Origin: an uncultured Alistipes sp.
GTDB lineage: Bacteria; Bacteroidota; Bacteroidia; Bacteroidales; Rikenellaceae
Length of the DNA: 64,000 nucleotides
Reading direction: 5' to 3'
NCBI GenBank assembly: GCA_937911745.1
Contig: CALDPX010000067.1
Coordinates: 5,721 to 69,720, forward strand
Shown here: in pieces, positions 9,850-19,020 of the stretch
Numbering within the stretch: the first letter of the stretch is position 1
Layout: each line of letters begins with the position of its first letter
Position numbers and translations under genes: made by a program
The notes under the pieces: model-generated
What the model was told of the DNA's origin: nothing
The model's database searches: none
What the model saw: the letters and a program-made list of their open reading frames with translations, nothing else

Positions 9850-11535
9850 TTATTTACGCGCCGTATCTTGCTCGGCAAGAATTCGGTTATACTCCGCGGT
9901 GTTGCCCAAAATCTCCAAAGCCTTTGCAAGTTCTTTGTCGGTGGGCAGTGAGTGCTCCGCCCCTCCCTCGTTGTAGCAGTAGCGGGTTACGATTTGGTCC
10001 TCGATAATCTGCTGTAACTCTTGCTTGTAGAGCCATAGGTTATCCTCGGTGGTGTTTGTGATGTTCGCCTCTATGTGCGCCATCTGCTCCGACATACTCT
10101 CCTGCCAACGTTCCTTCTCGGCAGCCTTGCGGAACTCCTTCCATAGTCGGCTGGCAGCACTCTCCCAAGCGACCTCCTTATCCTTCATAAACTCCACAAA
10201 CTCGCCGTATGCCTCCTCCGAGAAGCGATACTCGGTGGGGACAACCTTCCCCTCCAACTCCTCGTAGTGGCGTGCGCAGTAGTCGGCAATAAAGTCATCT
10301 ACAAAGCCCTGAGCATAGACCACCACCGCAAAAGTGCTGACATATTCGGGCTCCAACTTCACATCGGGCATCACTCCACCTCCATCGTAGACCTTGCGCC
10401 CTGCGCGTGTCTTAAACTCTCTTATGAGCGAGTCGGGCACCTGAGCCACACTACCATCCTCGTTATGGGCGGCATAGTCGATGGCTTGGATACACCTGCC
10501 GCTGGGTAGGTAGTATTTCGAGGTGGTAACTTTGAGCATAGCGTCATACCCCAACGGGAAACTACTCTGCACCAAGCCTTTGCCAAATGTACGCTGACCA
10601 ACAAGCACTCCTCTGTCGTAGTCCTGCAAGGCTCCCGCCACAATCTCGGCAGCCGAAGCCGAACCACTACCGACAAGCACCGCAATGGGTATTTCGAGGT
10701 CAACGGGTGCACTTTGGGTTTTGAACGAGTGGTTCTCGCCTGTTGTCTTCGAGGAGCGCGTGCTGACAACCTCTGAACCTTCGGGCAGGAAGAGCGAGAG
10801 CACACTCACGGCCTCCTGCAATACACCTCCTCCATTACCACGATAGTCGAGCACGAGCGAGCGCATGCCCTGCGCCCTAAGACTCTCATAGGCCTTTAAG
10901 AGGTCACCACTACACCCCTCCGTAAATTCAACATGCGAGATGTAGCCCACGCTGTCGTTTATCATTCCGTAGTAGGGAACACCCGGAATGGCTATTCTCT
11001 CGCGCTCCAATTTGAGCGTCACACGCTCGCGCGAGGGGAATTTTTCGACAGTGATTTTTACACTACTACCCGCATCGCCTCTTAGTCGGTCGCTAACCTG
11101 TTGGGTTGTAAGACCTTTGGCACTCTTGCCGTCAATCTCCACAATCCTATCTCCGGGGCGTATGCCTGCGCGGTCGGCTGGCGAGCCCTTGTAGGGTCCC
11201 GAGAACTCCACATAGTCGCCCGCAAGTCGTATGAGTGAGCCTACTCCACCATACTTACCCGTAGTAAGGGTTGTGAAAGCCTCCATCTCCTCGGCAGGTA
11301 TGTAGTCGGTATAGGGGTCGAGGATTTTGGTCATACCCTCTGCTGCGGCGTTCATTATCTTATCGCTCGGCACATCATCCACATAGAAGAGGTTGATGGT
11401 GCGAAGCATATTTACCAATATCTCTACCGACTTTCCCAAGTTGTGGGTATTGCTACTCGCAGCGGCACCCAGCAACACACACGCCGCCACAGCACCGCAA
11501 ACCCCCACCTTGCGCCACACTCTTTTCCCGTTCAT
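9850..11535 (-). CDS. S41 family C-terminal processing peptidase (CtpA/Prc)
   Basis: LDPYT, PDZ domain, DYRGNGGG, SASAAEIVAGALQDYDRG, TFGKGLVQ. Confidence 0.95.
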   Translation of the reverse strand: MNGKRVWRKVGVCGAVAACVLLGAAASSNTHNLGKSVEILVNMLRTINLFYVDDVPSDKIMNAAAEGMTKILDPYTDYIPAEEMEAFTTLTTGKYGGVGSLIRLAGDYVEFSGPYKGSPADRAGIRPGDRIVEIDGKSAKGLTTQQVSDRLRGDAGSSVKITVEKFPSRERVTLKLERERIAIPGVPYYGMINDSVGYISHVEFTEGCSGDLLKAYESLRAQGMRSLVLDYRGNGGGVLQEAVSVLSLFLPEGSEVVSTRSSKTTGENHSFKTQSAPVDLEIPIAVLVGSGSASAAEIVAGALQDYDRGVLVGQRTFGKGLVQSSFPLGYDAMLKVTTSKYYLPSGRCIQAIDYAAHNEDGSVAQVPDSLIREFKTRAGRKVYDGGGVMPDVKLEPEYVSTFAVVVYAQGFVDDFIADYCARHYEELEGKVVPTEYRFSEEAYGEFVEFMKDKEVAWESAASRLWKEFRKAAEKERWQESMSEQMAHIEANITNTTEDNLWLYKQELQQIIEDQIVTRYCYNEGGAEHSLPTDKELAKALEILGNTAEYNRILAEQDTARK

Positions 11536-11537
11536 TT

Positions 11538-12011
11538 CTATCTGCTATTTTTTGCATTAATATAACCGCCTATGCGGAAGCGGGCATTTTCAACCTCCTT
11601 GCGCATACCACTTATGGAGATGTTGCCCCACTCTTGCTGCCTCACAACAACCGCATCATCACCCAACTGCACAAGGCGTTTGAGCCCACTCGAAGCACGA
11701 AAGATCATCTCGCCCTCACGCTCGGCAGCCAATGTGTAGCCACCCCTGAGAAGTGCCTCCACAATCTGCTCTCTGTCCTCCGCCATCGAAGCCCTCACAG
11801 AGGCTGTCGAGAAGCCATAGAGGGGATAGGCAGCAGAGATTAACACAAGCGCAACCAACAAGACGACACCTCTTGTGCCCAAGAGGTCGGCAGGCTCAAT
11901 TGCGAGAGTTTTTGTGGCATACATCACTCCAAAAATCAGCCCCACAAGCACCGTAAGCCTCACAAAGTGCCTTACGGCACGCCCCATATATTGGTTAAAA
12001 GTCTGTTTCAT
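11538..12011 (-). CDS. Hypothetical two-TM membrane protein
   Basis: ATG at 12011 after an A-rich leader; two hydrophobic helices; packed between ispH and S41. Confidence 0.7.
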   Translation of the reverse strand: MKQTFNQYMGRAVRHFVRLTVLVGLIFGVMYATKTLAIEPADLLGTRGVVLLVALVLISAAYPLYGFSTASVRASMAEDREQIVEALLRGGYTLAAEREGEMIFRASSGLKRLVQLGDDAVVVRQQEWGNISISGMRKEVENARFRIGGYINAKNSR

Positions 12012-12037
12012 ATTTTTTTGTTTGGTTTTCTTCCATT

Positions 12038-12913
12038 CTAACGCTCCGAGAGGCTCAAAATTGTATCCCTCACCTGCTCCATAAGCCAATGTGGGGTGGA
12101 TGTGGCACCGCAGATGCCCACATTCTCTGCCCCCTCGAACATCTGGCGCGTAAGTTCGGTGGGCGACTCAATCTTCACACTGTTGGGGTTTGCGCTGTGG
12201 CACGCCTCGAAGAGCACCTTGCCATTGGAACTCTTTGCGCCACACACAAAGACTACCATATCGCACCCGCGGGCAAACTCCCTCAGGTGCTCCTCCCTGC
12301 CTGCCACCTGGCGGCAGATGGTATCCCTTACGGTAACCTCTGCGGGCACCGCCGAACGCCTCATAACCTCTTTGCTAATCTGCTCGAAGAGTGCCAAACT
12401 TTGGGTGGTCTGCGACAGGAGAAAGATGGGGTGCGAAAAGTCCACATCATCCAAATCCTCAACCTTCTCGACAACCACTGCCCTATCCTCTATCTGACCG
12501 TTGAGTCCCACTACCTCGGCGTGTCCCTTCTTGCCCAAAATCACTACCGTACCTCCCAGCTCCCTCATCTGGCGATCAGCCTCAATGGTAAGTCTTTGGA
12601 GTTTCGCAACCACAGGGCAGGTGGCATCGGCATAGCCGAGCGACAGCCCATCCAAGAGTCGGTAGGTGCTCTTGGGTTCGCCGTGTGCGCGAATGAGGAT
12701 TTTACTCTCATCGGAGGGTTCTATGGCTGCCAAGTCGGCGTGCGAGATGGTCCTTACGCCCATACCCTCCAAGCGAGCCACTTCGAGGTCGTTGTGTACA
12801 ATGTCGCCCAGCGAATACACCCTCTTTCCCTCGGCAACCAACTCCTCTGCCTTCGAGATGGCACTCACCACCCCATAGCAAAATCCCGATTTATCATCTA
12901 TGGTAACTTTCAT
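12038..12913 (-). CDS. ispH: 4-hydroxy-3-methylbut-2-enyl diphosphate reductase
   Basis: GFCYGV, IVHN, IRAHG, DATCPVV, SQTT, DTIC, SSN, GATSTP. Confidence 0.97.
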   Translation of the reverse strand: MKVTIDDKSGFCYGVVSAISKAEELVAEGKRVYSLGDIVHNDLEVARLEGMGVRTISHADLAAIEPSDESKILIRAHGEPKSTYRLLDGLSLGYADATCPVVAKLQRLTIEADRQMRELGGTVVILGKKGHAEVVGLNGQIEDRAVVVEKVEDLDDVDFSHPIFLLSQTTQSLALFEQISKEVMRRSAVPAEVTVRDTICRQVAGREEHLREFARGCDMVVFVCGAKSSNGKVLFEACHSANPNSVKIESPTELTRQMFEGAENVGICGATSTPHWLMEQVRDTILSLSER

Positions 12914-13620
12914 TCCTTTACTCTCAACTTGAATATCTCGTCAAACCACTCCATCTCCTCGGCGAGAGTCATACCGCCATTGTCGAGGACTATGGCATCG
13001 TCTGCCTTCCTCAGGGGACTTATTGCACGAGTTTGGTCGAGGTGGTCACGCTGTCGTATATTTTCGATTATCTCCTCACGACTCACCTCTTCGCCCTTGG
13101 CGAGCAACTCCTGATAGCGACGCTCTGCCCTCACCTCGGGGTCGGCAGTCATAAAAATTTTCAACTCCGCATCGGGGAAAACCACCGTACCGATATCCCT
13201 GCCGTCCATCACAACGCCTTTGTCGCGCCCCATTGCCTGCTGCAACTTCACAAGTCGGCGGCGCACCTCGCCAATGGCACTAACGGCACTCACAAGATTG
13301 CTGACCGTAATGGTACGAATTTTACCCTCTGCCCACTCGCCACAGAGGTAGATGTCGCTCGCCCCTCGGTCGGGGTTGAAGCGGAAGTCTATCTGTATCA
13401 CATCAAGCCCCTTGACGAGTCGTTCCTCATTGAGGATGCCATTCTCGACACAGCCGTTCTCGATAGCCCACAGGGTTACGGCACGATACATTGCACCCGT
13501 GTCGATGAAGATATAGCCGAGGTGGGCTGCCACCATCTTGGCAAAGGTGCTCTTGCCGCACGAAGAGAAACCATCTACGGCTATGACTATTTTCTTATTG
13601 TTTGGTCTTGAAAAGTTCAT
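12910..13620 (-). CDS. cmk: Cytidylate kinase
   Basis: DGFSSCGKST, DTGAMYR, DGRDIGTVVFPDA. Confidence 0.97.
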   Translation of the reverse strand: MNFSRPNNKKIVIAVDGFSSCGKSTFAKMVAAHLGYIFIDTGAMYRAVTLWAIENGCVENGILNEERLVKGLDVIQIDFRFNPDRGASDIYLCGEWAEGKIRTITVSNLVSAVSAIGEVRRRLVKLQQAMGRDKGVVMDGRDIGTVVFPDAELKIFMTADPEVRAERRYQELLAKGEEVSREEIIENIRQRDHLDQTRAISPLRKADDAIVLDNGGMTLAEEMEWFDEIFKLRVKE

Positions 13621-14278
13621 TGAATTGTATGTCTATTTGCAAGTCTGAAATCATTGAGATAAGGAGCGACACGCCAATGAGGGTGATAATGATACCCGAG
13701 ATGCGGTTTATCCACAACATATGGCGTGGGCGGAAGTATTTTCTCACAACCTTCATCACAGATGCCAAAATCAACCACCATCCCGCACAACCGGTAAAGA
13801 TACCCAAAATCATTGAGGCATTCGAGAAGGCGTTGCCATCGGTGTCGTAGAAGCCGAGCGACTTAACGGTGGCAATGAGCGCAACGTGCACCAAGATGTA
13901 GGCAGGATTGGCAAAACTCAGCAGGAAGCCCGAAACGTAATCTCTCCAATTTGCCCTATCCTTCTCGGAGCGGTTGCGGCGGAGTCGCAGGTCGGGTTTT
14001 TTCAGGAAGATATTCACACCAAACGCGGCAATACACACTCCTGCTATGCACTTTATAAGGAGCATATTGCTCTCTATAAATCCCGTCACAAACGAGAGCG
14101 AGAAGAAGGCAATGGAGGCATAGAAGGTGTCGCTTGTGGCGATACCAAATCCTGTGGTTATACCCGAGCGTATACCCTTGCTAATGTTTCGTTGCAGACA
14201 GAGAATCGCCGTGGGACCTGGCGGTATAGACGCCATACATCCCACCATCACACCTCCTATAAAAGTCATCAACCACAT
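13595..14278 (-). CDS. LysE family translocator
   Basis: PPGP motif, G...G.G.A..D, F.L...NP, W..RISG; about 6 TM segments. Confidence 0.85.
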   Translation of the reverse strand: MWLMTFIGGVMVGCMASIPPGPTAILCLQRNISKGIRSGITTGFGIATSDTFYASIAFFSLSFVTGFIESNMLLIKCIAGVCIAAFGVNIFLKKPDLRLRRNRSEKDRANWRDYVSGFLLSFANPAYILVHVALIATVKSLGFYDTDGNAFSNASMILGIFTGCAGWWLILASVMKVVRKYFRPRHMLWINRISGIIITLIGVSLLISMISDLQIDIQFNELFKTKQ

Positions 14279-14449
14279 AGTCTATCTATTGTTAGTTCTG
14301 GGGCAAAATTCACCGACTACAAAGATATGTATTTTTGCCGAGCATTTGTCGCTTTGGTCACCAAAAGTTGTGCACAGACAAAATTATTTCGCGCCAAGAG
14401 GTAAATATCCCGCCAAAAGGTTTATTTTTGTAGAAAATAAAAGACCAAA

Positions 14450-16066
14450 ATGAGAATATCACTAAAAACATACCAGCGTCTGCTGTTGGCACTGCTCAGC
14501 GTGGTGCTCCTATCGCTCGGCTGGCTCCGAACAAGCGGTCTGCCGTTGCTTATTGCCTTCGTTCCAATGTTGTTAATCTCTGCCTCCTATGGCTCTTCAA
14601 GGCGCGAGTGGTGGCAGATGGCGGGCTGGACGGCTCTGGTTATGGGGCTGTGGTGTGTGACCACCTGCTGGTGGATATACTATGCTGCGGCAGTGGGCAT
14701 TGTTGCCGCAACTATTGTGCAGATACTGCTCTTTGGCGGTATTTTTATGGTCTTTCACTACTTCTCCAAGAGGGCACGCCCCGTACACGCCTACACAACC
14801 CTCATTGCGGGCTGGTTGTGGGCAGAGCATTTCTATCTCGGTGGCGAGGTGTCGTTCCCGTGGCTCCTGCTGGGCAACGGCTTTGCCAATGATGTGTGGG
14901 CGGTGCAATGGTACGAACTGACGGGCGTACTCGGTGGCTCGCTATGGGTATTGCTTGTGAATGTGTTGCTCTTTGAGTGGCTACTCAACCGCAAGAACAA
15001 GGGGTTGGGAATTAGTGCCTTATTCTTTGTCGTTGCGCCTATGGTGGCTTCGCTGATTATCGGCGCATCATACCACGAGAACCCCAACACACAGAAAGCT
15101 ACTGTCACACTCGTACAGCCCAACTTCGACCCCTACGAGGAGAAATACAACCTACCCGTAGACGAACAACTCGCCATCATTGGCTCTCTGATTGAGGAGG
15201 CTCCCGAGGATGTGGACTACATAGTTCTGCCCGAGACGGTCATTGGCGATGCGGGTGACCCCATCTGGGAGGAGGACATCTACCGCAGCCACTCCATAAA
15301 GGGTGTGGAGGCTATGCGAAGGGCTAAAAATCCCGATGCTCAACTCATTGTGGGTGCAATGACCTATCACCGCTACAATGGCGCAAAGGACGCCTCGCCA
15401 ACGGCTCGCCGCAGTGGTTCTATGTGGTATGACCGCTACAATGCCGCCATTGCGCTCGATGGGGACTCGGTACTCAAAGTAAGCCACAAGTCGCGACTTG
15501 TGGTGGGCGTGGAGAAGATGCCCTTTATGGATATTCTCCGTCCGCTGGAAAAACTCATTGTCGACTTGGGCGGCACAACGGGACAACTCGGCACCGACAA
15601 GTATCGCCACCTGCTCCACCAGCGCAACAACCACTATCCCTACGGCATTTCGGTCGCAGCCCCCATCTGCTACGAGTCGGTCTATGGCGAGCACTTTGGT
15701 GCTTTTACGGCTGACGGGGCAGAACTTATGATGGTTATCACCAACGATGGATGGTGGTACGATACGGAGGGCTACCGCCAACACTTCTCCTTCTCACGCC
15801 TGAGGGCTATCGAGAGCCGCAGGTGGGTGTGCAGGGCAGCCAACACGGGTATCAGCGGCTTCATATCGCCCACAGGCAAGGTGGGCGACACCCTCGGCTG
15901 GGACAAGCGAGGCACACTCTCTGCCGAGGTCACCCCCTCGCGAGAGGTTACCTTTTATGCCAAGGCAGGCGACTATTTGGGACGCTTGGGAGGCTACCTA
16001 TTCCTGCTCTCGCTGCTCTACTATGTAAGTTACCGTTTCCGCAAGCGCAGCCACCTTGTGAATTGA
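14450..16066 (+). CDS. lnt: Apolipoprotein N-acyltransferase
   Basis: N-terminal TMs, FPWLLLG, VQPN; nitrilase triad LPET / HKSRLV / ICYES; TNDGWW, QH...RLRAIE, RAANTGIS. Confidence 0.95.
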   Translation: MRISLKTYQRLLLALLSVVLLSLGWLRTSGLPLLIAFVPMLLISASYGSSRREWWQMAGWTALVMGLWCVTTCWWIYYAAAVGIVAATIVQILLFGGIFMVFHYFSKRARPVHAYTTLIAGWLWAEHFYLGGEVSFPWLLLGNGFANDVWAVQWYELTGVLGGSLWVLLVNVLLFEWLLNRKNKGLGISALFFVVAPMVASLIIGASYHENPNTQKATVTLVQPNFDPYEEKYNLPVDEQLAIIGSLIEEAPEDVDYIVLPETVIGDAGDPIWEEDIYRSHSIKGVEAMRRAKNPDAQLIVGAMTYHRYNGAKDASPTARRSGSMWYDRYNAAIALDGDSVLKVSHKSRLVVGVEKMPFMDILRPLEKLIVDLGGTTGQLGTDKYRHLLHQRNNHYPYGISVAAPICYESVYGEHFGAFTADGAELMMVITNDGWWYDTEGYRQHFSFSRLRAIESRRWVCRAANTGISGFISPTGKVGDTLGWDKRGTLSAEVTPSREVTFYAKAGDYLGRLGGYLFLLSLLYYVSYRFRKRSHLVN

Positions 16067-16089
16067 TAATTGAAAATTGAAAAATCAAA

Positions 16090-17385
16090 ATGAACTACTC
16101 TCAAACCACCAATTTCCTTTTCAACTCATTTCCTTCGTACCAGAATGTGGGTGCAGGCGCCTATAAGGAGGGCTTGCAAAACATTACGGAGATGTGCCGC
16201 CGCTTGGACAACCCCCAGCGCAACTATTTCACCATCCACATTGCGGGCACAAACGGCAAAGGCTCCACATCGCACATTCTCGCCTCGGTGTTGCAGCAGG
16301 CGGGCTACTGCGTGGGGTTATTCACTTCGCCCCACCTTGTGGATTTCCGCGAGCGCATACGAGTAAATGGTGTGCCCATCAGCGAGAGGGAGGTTGTCAG
16401 TTTTGTGAAGGAGCACAAGGAGGAGATGGTGGCTCTTGGACTCTCGTTCTTCGAGATGACCACCGCCCTGGCTTTCCATCACTTCTCGGAGAGCGATGTG
16501 GAGGTGGCGATTATCGAGACGGGCTTGGGTGGCAGGCTCGACTCCACAAATATCATCAAACCCATCCTCTCGGTCATCACAAACATAGGCTTGGAGCACA
16601 CGGCACTTTTGGGCTCCACGATTGGCGAGATAGCCTTCGAGAAGGCGGGAATTATCAAACCCGAAGTGCCCGTTGTGGTGGGCGAGAGTGCCCCCGAGAG
16701 CAACGAGGTCTTCGATCGCACAGCCGCCGAGCGAGGTTCGATGTTGGTCTATGCCGATAGGGAGTGGGAGGTTGTCGAGAGCGAGCCCTCGGGCGACCAC
16801 ATCCGCTACCACATACAGCGTCCTCGCGATGGCAGGACACAAAACCTCGATTTGGACCTTATGGGCTCCTATCAACGCAAAAACATCCTCACAGTCCGCA
16901 CCGCCATTAGCATCCTACGCCACCATACGCCACTGAACATCTCAACCCGCGCATTGGTCGAGGGTGTGAGGTGTGTGGCTTCCTCTACGGGCTTGATGGG
17001 TAGGTGGCAGAAGTTGGGCGACAATCCGAGGGTGTACTGCGACACGGGGCACAACGCTCACGGACTCGCCGAGGTGGTGGCTCAAATCCGCGCTCAGGAG
17101 TACCGCAAACTCTATATGGTCATCGGTATGGTGAGCGACAAGGACTTCGATGCCGTCATTCCCCTTATGCCAAAGGAGGCGTATTACATCTTCACTGAGG
17201 CTTCGGTTGCACGCTCGCTCGCTGCCGAGAGTCTTGCCGAGAAGTTCCGCCGCGAGGGCTTCGAGGGCGAGGTTGCAAAGGATGTCCACACCGCCTACCG
17301 CAGAGCCATAGAGTTGGCAGAGAGCGAAGACTTTGTCTTTGTCGGAGGTAGCACCTTTGTGGTTGCGGATTTACTCTCCGAATAG
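16090..17385 (+). CDS. folC: Folylpolyglutamate/dihydrofolate synthase
   Basis: HIAGTNGKGS, FTSPHL.DFRERI, ETGLGGRLDSTN, EKAGIIK, DTGHN. Confidence 0.97.
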   Translation: MNYSQTTNFLFNSFPSYQNVGAGAYKEGLQNITEMCRRLDNPQRNYFTIHIAGTNGKGSTSHILASVLQQAGYCVGLFTSPHLVDFRERIRVNGVPISEREVVSFVKEHKEEMVALGLSFFEMTTALAFHHFSESDVEVAIIETGLGGRLDSTNIIKPILSVITNIGLEHTALLGSTIGEIAFEKAGIIKPEVPVVVGESAPESNEVFDRTAAERGSMLVYADREWEVVESEPSGDHIRYHIQRPRDGRTQNLDLDLMGSYQRKNILTVRTAISILRHHTPLNISTRALVEGVRCVASSTGLMGRWQKLGDNPRVYCDTGHNAHGLAEVVAQIRAQEYRKLYMVIGMVSDKDFDAVIPLMPKEAYYIFTEASVARSLAAESLAEKFRREGFEGEVAKDVHTAYRRAIELAESEDFVFVGGSTFVVADLLSE

Positions 17386-18150
17386 ATGGAAAAACAGAGA
17401 TTTATGGCAAAGAAATTCATTGTGGTTGGTGCCACATCGGGCTTAGGTCGCGAAATGGCTGCCCAACTTGTCAGGGCTGGTCACAAGGTCGGCATCGCAG
17501 GGCGTAGGGGCGAATTGCTCAACTCCTTTGTGGAGGAGTATAAGGACGTTTGCGCCGAGCCGATAGAGTGGCAAGAGATGGATGTAACCTCTCCGAGTGC
17601 CACCACTGCACTCGAAGAGTTGATTGAGCGTATGGGAGGTATGGATGTGCTGCTCCACGTTGCTGGCGCAGGCTTTGAGAACCCGGCGTTGGAGGAGGGC
17701 AAAGAACGCCATATCGCCAATGTAAATTCGGTGGGTTTTGTGACCATCATTGACCACGCCTACCACTGGTTTCGCACCCACGGTGGCAAGGGACACATTG
17801 CTGCCGTAACCTCCATTGCGGGCACCAAAGGTATGGGCTTGGCTCCGGCATACTCGGCGACCAAGAGGTTGCAGACGACCTACCTGAGCGCACTTGCGCA
17901 ACACGCTCGAATGGACGGCGTAAGGCTCCACATCACCGACATACGCCCCGGCTATGCTCAAACCAGCATACTAACCCCCGGCAAGAAATATCCCGCAGTA
18001 CTCTCGCCCGAGAAGGTCGCTCGCCACGCCATAAGAGCCATCGACCATCGCCGCCGCATCTGCACCATCGACTGGCGTTTCAGACTGCTTGTGGTTGGTT
18101 GGAGCCTCATCCCCCGCCCCCTCTGGGAACGCATCACATTCGTGAAATAA
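17386..18150 (+). CDS. SDR family oxidoreductase
   Basis: GATSGLG Rossmann motif and YSATK catalytic motif; start may be 17404. Confidence 0.92.
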   Translation: MEKQRFMAKKFIVVGATSGLGREMAAQLVRAGHKVGIAGRRGELLNSFVEEYKDVCAEPIEWQEMDVTSPSATTALEELIERMGGMDVLLHVAGAGFENPALEEGKERHIANVNSVGFVTIIDHAYHWFRTHGGKGHIAAVTSIAGTKGMGLAPAYSATKRLQTTYLSALAQHARMDGVRLHITDIRPGYAQTSILTPGKKYPAVLSPEKVARHAIRAIDHRRRICTIDWRFRLLVVGWSLIPRPLWERITFVK

Positions 18151-18175
18151 AGACACCGAAGATACAAAAAACGAC

Positions 18176-18210
18176 AAAGTCCGCATTTACCTCTCGTAAA
18201 TGCGGACTTT
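18176..18210. repeat. REP-like hairpin family, copy 2 (perfect 15-bp inverted repeat; likely bidirectional terminator)
   Basis: AAAGTCCGCATTTAC-CTCTC-GTAAATGCGGACTTT between convergent genes. Confidence 0.75.
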
Positions 18211-18237
18211 TCTTATTTGGGTTAAACTAAAAGTACC

Positions 18238-18963
18238 TTAACGTGTGCCCATTCTCTTAAAGCGGCGGAAGCGCAAAGCGAGAACACCCCAGAAGGCTTC
18301 GCCGAGGATGCTGCCACTCATTTTGGAGGTGCCGGCTGTGCGGTCGCGGAAGATTATCGACACCTCTTTGATTTTGAAACCGAGTCGCCAAGCCGTATAT
18401 TTCATCTCTATCTGGAAGCCATAGCCGTGCATCCCTACCCTATCGAGGTCGATAGTGCGCAGCACCTCTGCACGGTAGCCCACAAAGCCCGCCGTAGCAT
18501 CCCTTACGGGCATACGGGTAACACACTTCACATAGCGAGAGGCACAGTAAGAGAGCAGCAGGCGGCGCATAGGCCAATTAACGACATTCACACCACTCAC
18601 ATACCTCGAACCAACAGCCACATCCGCGCCACTCTCCAACTCTGCCGTAAGGCGCAGCAAGTCATCGGGGTCGTGCGAAAAGTCGCAATCCATCTCATAG
18701 ATAGCCTCATAGCCCCTCTCCAAAGCCCAGCGGAAGCCAGCAATATAGGCGGTGCCAAGTCCGAGTTTGCCCTCTCGTTCTACAAGGAAGAGCCTCTCGG
18801 GGTGGTCGGTCATAAGGTTGCGGACAATAGCGGCAGTGCCATCGGGCGAGCCGTCATCGACTACCAATAGCGAGTAGTCGCCGGGGAGCGAGAGAACCTT
18901 TGCGACCATTGCCTCGATGTTCTCGCGCTCGTTGTAGGTGGGTATTATTATGAGTTTACGCAT
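18238..18963 (-). CDS. Polyprenol monophosphomannose synthase-like GT2 (Dpm1/Ppm1)
   Basis: IIPTYNEREN, VDDGSPDGT, GKLGLGTAY..GF, EMDCDFSH, GSRY, GYGFQIE; ATG at 18963. Confidence 0.92.
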   Translation of the reverse strand: MRKLIIIPTYNERENIEAMVAKVLSLPGDYSLLVVDDGSPDGTAAIVRNLMTDHPERLFLVEREGKLGLGTAYIAGFRWALERGYEAIYEMDCDFSHDPDDLLRLTAELESGADVAVGSRYVSGVNVVNWPMRRLLLSYCASRYVKCVTRMPVRDATAGFVGYRAEVLRTIDLDRVGMHGYGFQIEMKYTAWRLGFKIKEVSIIFRDRTAGTSKMSGSILGEAFWGVLALRFRRFKRMGTR

Positions 18964-19020
18964 CTTTATCGGTAGGATATTGCACAAAAATAGTTATTTT
19001 TGCCGAAAAGAACACACATC

